A DNA stretch of 64,000 nucleotides, from NCBI GenBank assembly GCA_000091205.1, contig AP006500.2; one strand, written 5' to 3'. Shown piece after piece: positions 63,627-64,000 of this stretch. This stretch comes from Cyanidioschyzon merolae (taxonomy: Eukaryota). How positions within the stretch are numbered: position 1 is the first letter of the stretch; the number at the start of each line of letters is the position of its first letter. The notes under the pieces were generated by a model. That model was not told the origin of the DNA. It did not search any database and worked only from the letters and a program-made list of their open reading frames with translations. A program made the translations under genes and the position numbers.

Positions 63627-64000
63627 TGAATAGAAAGAAGAACTCCCAAACGAGCCCATCACAAGTCATCCCCCGAAAGGGCACCCCAGCGGGATCTCAA
63701 GAAAGCTGTCACCAAACCCAGGCACCTGCTCACAGCGCTGAAGATCCGAAAAGCCGTGAATACAAATCTTCAGACCAATTGGCACGCGAGTTTGTAGATG
63801 GGAATCAGAAGATTGCCAGAGAACTGGGACTGCTTGCACCTGAACACAACAGTAGCAAGCCGCAGTACCTCAAACGACGTACCAAAACTCGGATTGATGA
63901 ATGCCACCGACTCCATAAGATCGTCAACCGCACCGCCATACGCGCCAACGCCGGAGACAAGGAAGCGAAAGCAGCGCTACCGGCGCTACAGGCGCAACAT
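63627..64000 (+). CDS. Hypothetical ORF, 5'-complete, runs off the right edge (MNRKKNSQTSPSQVIPRKG...REFVDGNQKIARELGLLAPEH...); AT-richer DNA adjacent to the Fanzor-like element
   Basis: Manual translation from ATG 63627; open to window end; basic/low-complexity; no family recognised. Confidence 0.2.

Noticed and set aside
1-64000. CRISPR arrays, rRNA genes, telomeric repeats
   Set aside because: No regularly spaced short direct repeats with unique spacers; no rRNA-like conserved stretches; only a single isolated ccctaa hexamer. The sequence is eukaryotic nuclear in character.

Overview
This 64-kb window looks like nuclear DNA from a GC-rich (about 55-60%), gene-dense eukaryote with few or no introns. 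Long uninterrupted ORFs encode typical eukaryotic housekeeping proteins. I cannot assign a taxon from sequence alone; the content is protist-like, and stramenopile, alga-like or other unicellular lineages are all possible.

The ORF track evidently accepts TTG/GTG as start codons (for example 30482 is GTG and 42560 is TTG). Several N-termini are therefore over-extended, and the true ATG starts are often internal.

Genes I can support, in order:
- SLD5/GINS4, 3'-partial, minus strand at the left edge. It is missing from the ORF track because it runs off the window.
- CDC27/APC3, divergently transcribed from SLD5.
- A CCT-motif protein (6361-8370).
- A 1506-aa Pumilio/PUF protein (8808-13328, minus).
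- An NHL-repeat protein resembling NHLRC2.
- TVP23.
- A protein with the IBTK domain order (ankyrin, RCC1, BTB).
- A protein with a Ran-binding domain (RanBD).
- Threonine dehydratase.
- A HAD-IIA phosphatase of the phosphoglycolate-phosphatase type.
- The DDX11/Chl1 iron-sulfur helicase.
- A TrmL/SpoU-type RNA methyltransferase with a long N-terminal extension.
- A POT1-like telomere-binding protein with OB folds.
- Several hypothetical proteins.

The most notable region is a lower-GC segment at about 59.9-62.4 kb on the minus strand. It carries a near-intact Fanzor-like gene, a eukaryotic TnpB/OrfB homolog, and I can see its RuvC-I, RuvC-II and RuvC-III motifs. The gene is split into three abutting ORFs. 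One junction sits exactly at an A7/T7 homopolymer. The other can be bridged by a 1-nt frameshift or by a putative 29-nt GT-AG mini-intron.

The gene also contains an in-frame 5 x 75-bp tandem repeat that encodes acidic 25-aa units between RuvC-I and RuvC-II. Its stop codon lies within 60 bp of, or overlaps, the 5' end of the POT1-like gene.

A decayed second copy of the Fanzor C-terminus lies at about 21.6-22.4 kb, with both nucleotide-level and protein-level homology to the intact copy. Next to it is a roughly 1.5-kb block (20040-21590) that recurs, diverged but colinear, at 30500-32100. There it sits directly upstream of the IBTK-like gene, so this looks like a dispersed repeat family.

Separately, two near-identical 1377-bp direct repeats (4076-5452 and 14734-16110) bracket a 9.3-kb segment that contains the CCT-motif and Pumilio genes.

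I found no CRISPR arrays, rRNA genes or convincing tRNA genes. Several in-frame trinucleotide microsatellites are present, including (CTG)8 giving poly-Q in the IBTK-like gene and an AGC/AGT run giving a Ser/Thr/Asn linker in threonine dehydratase.
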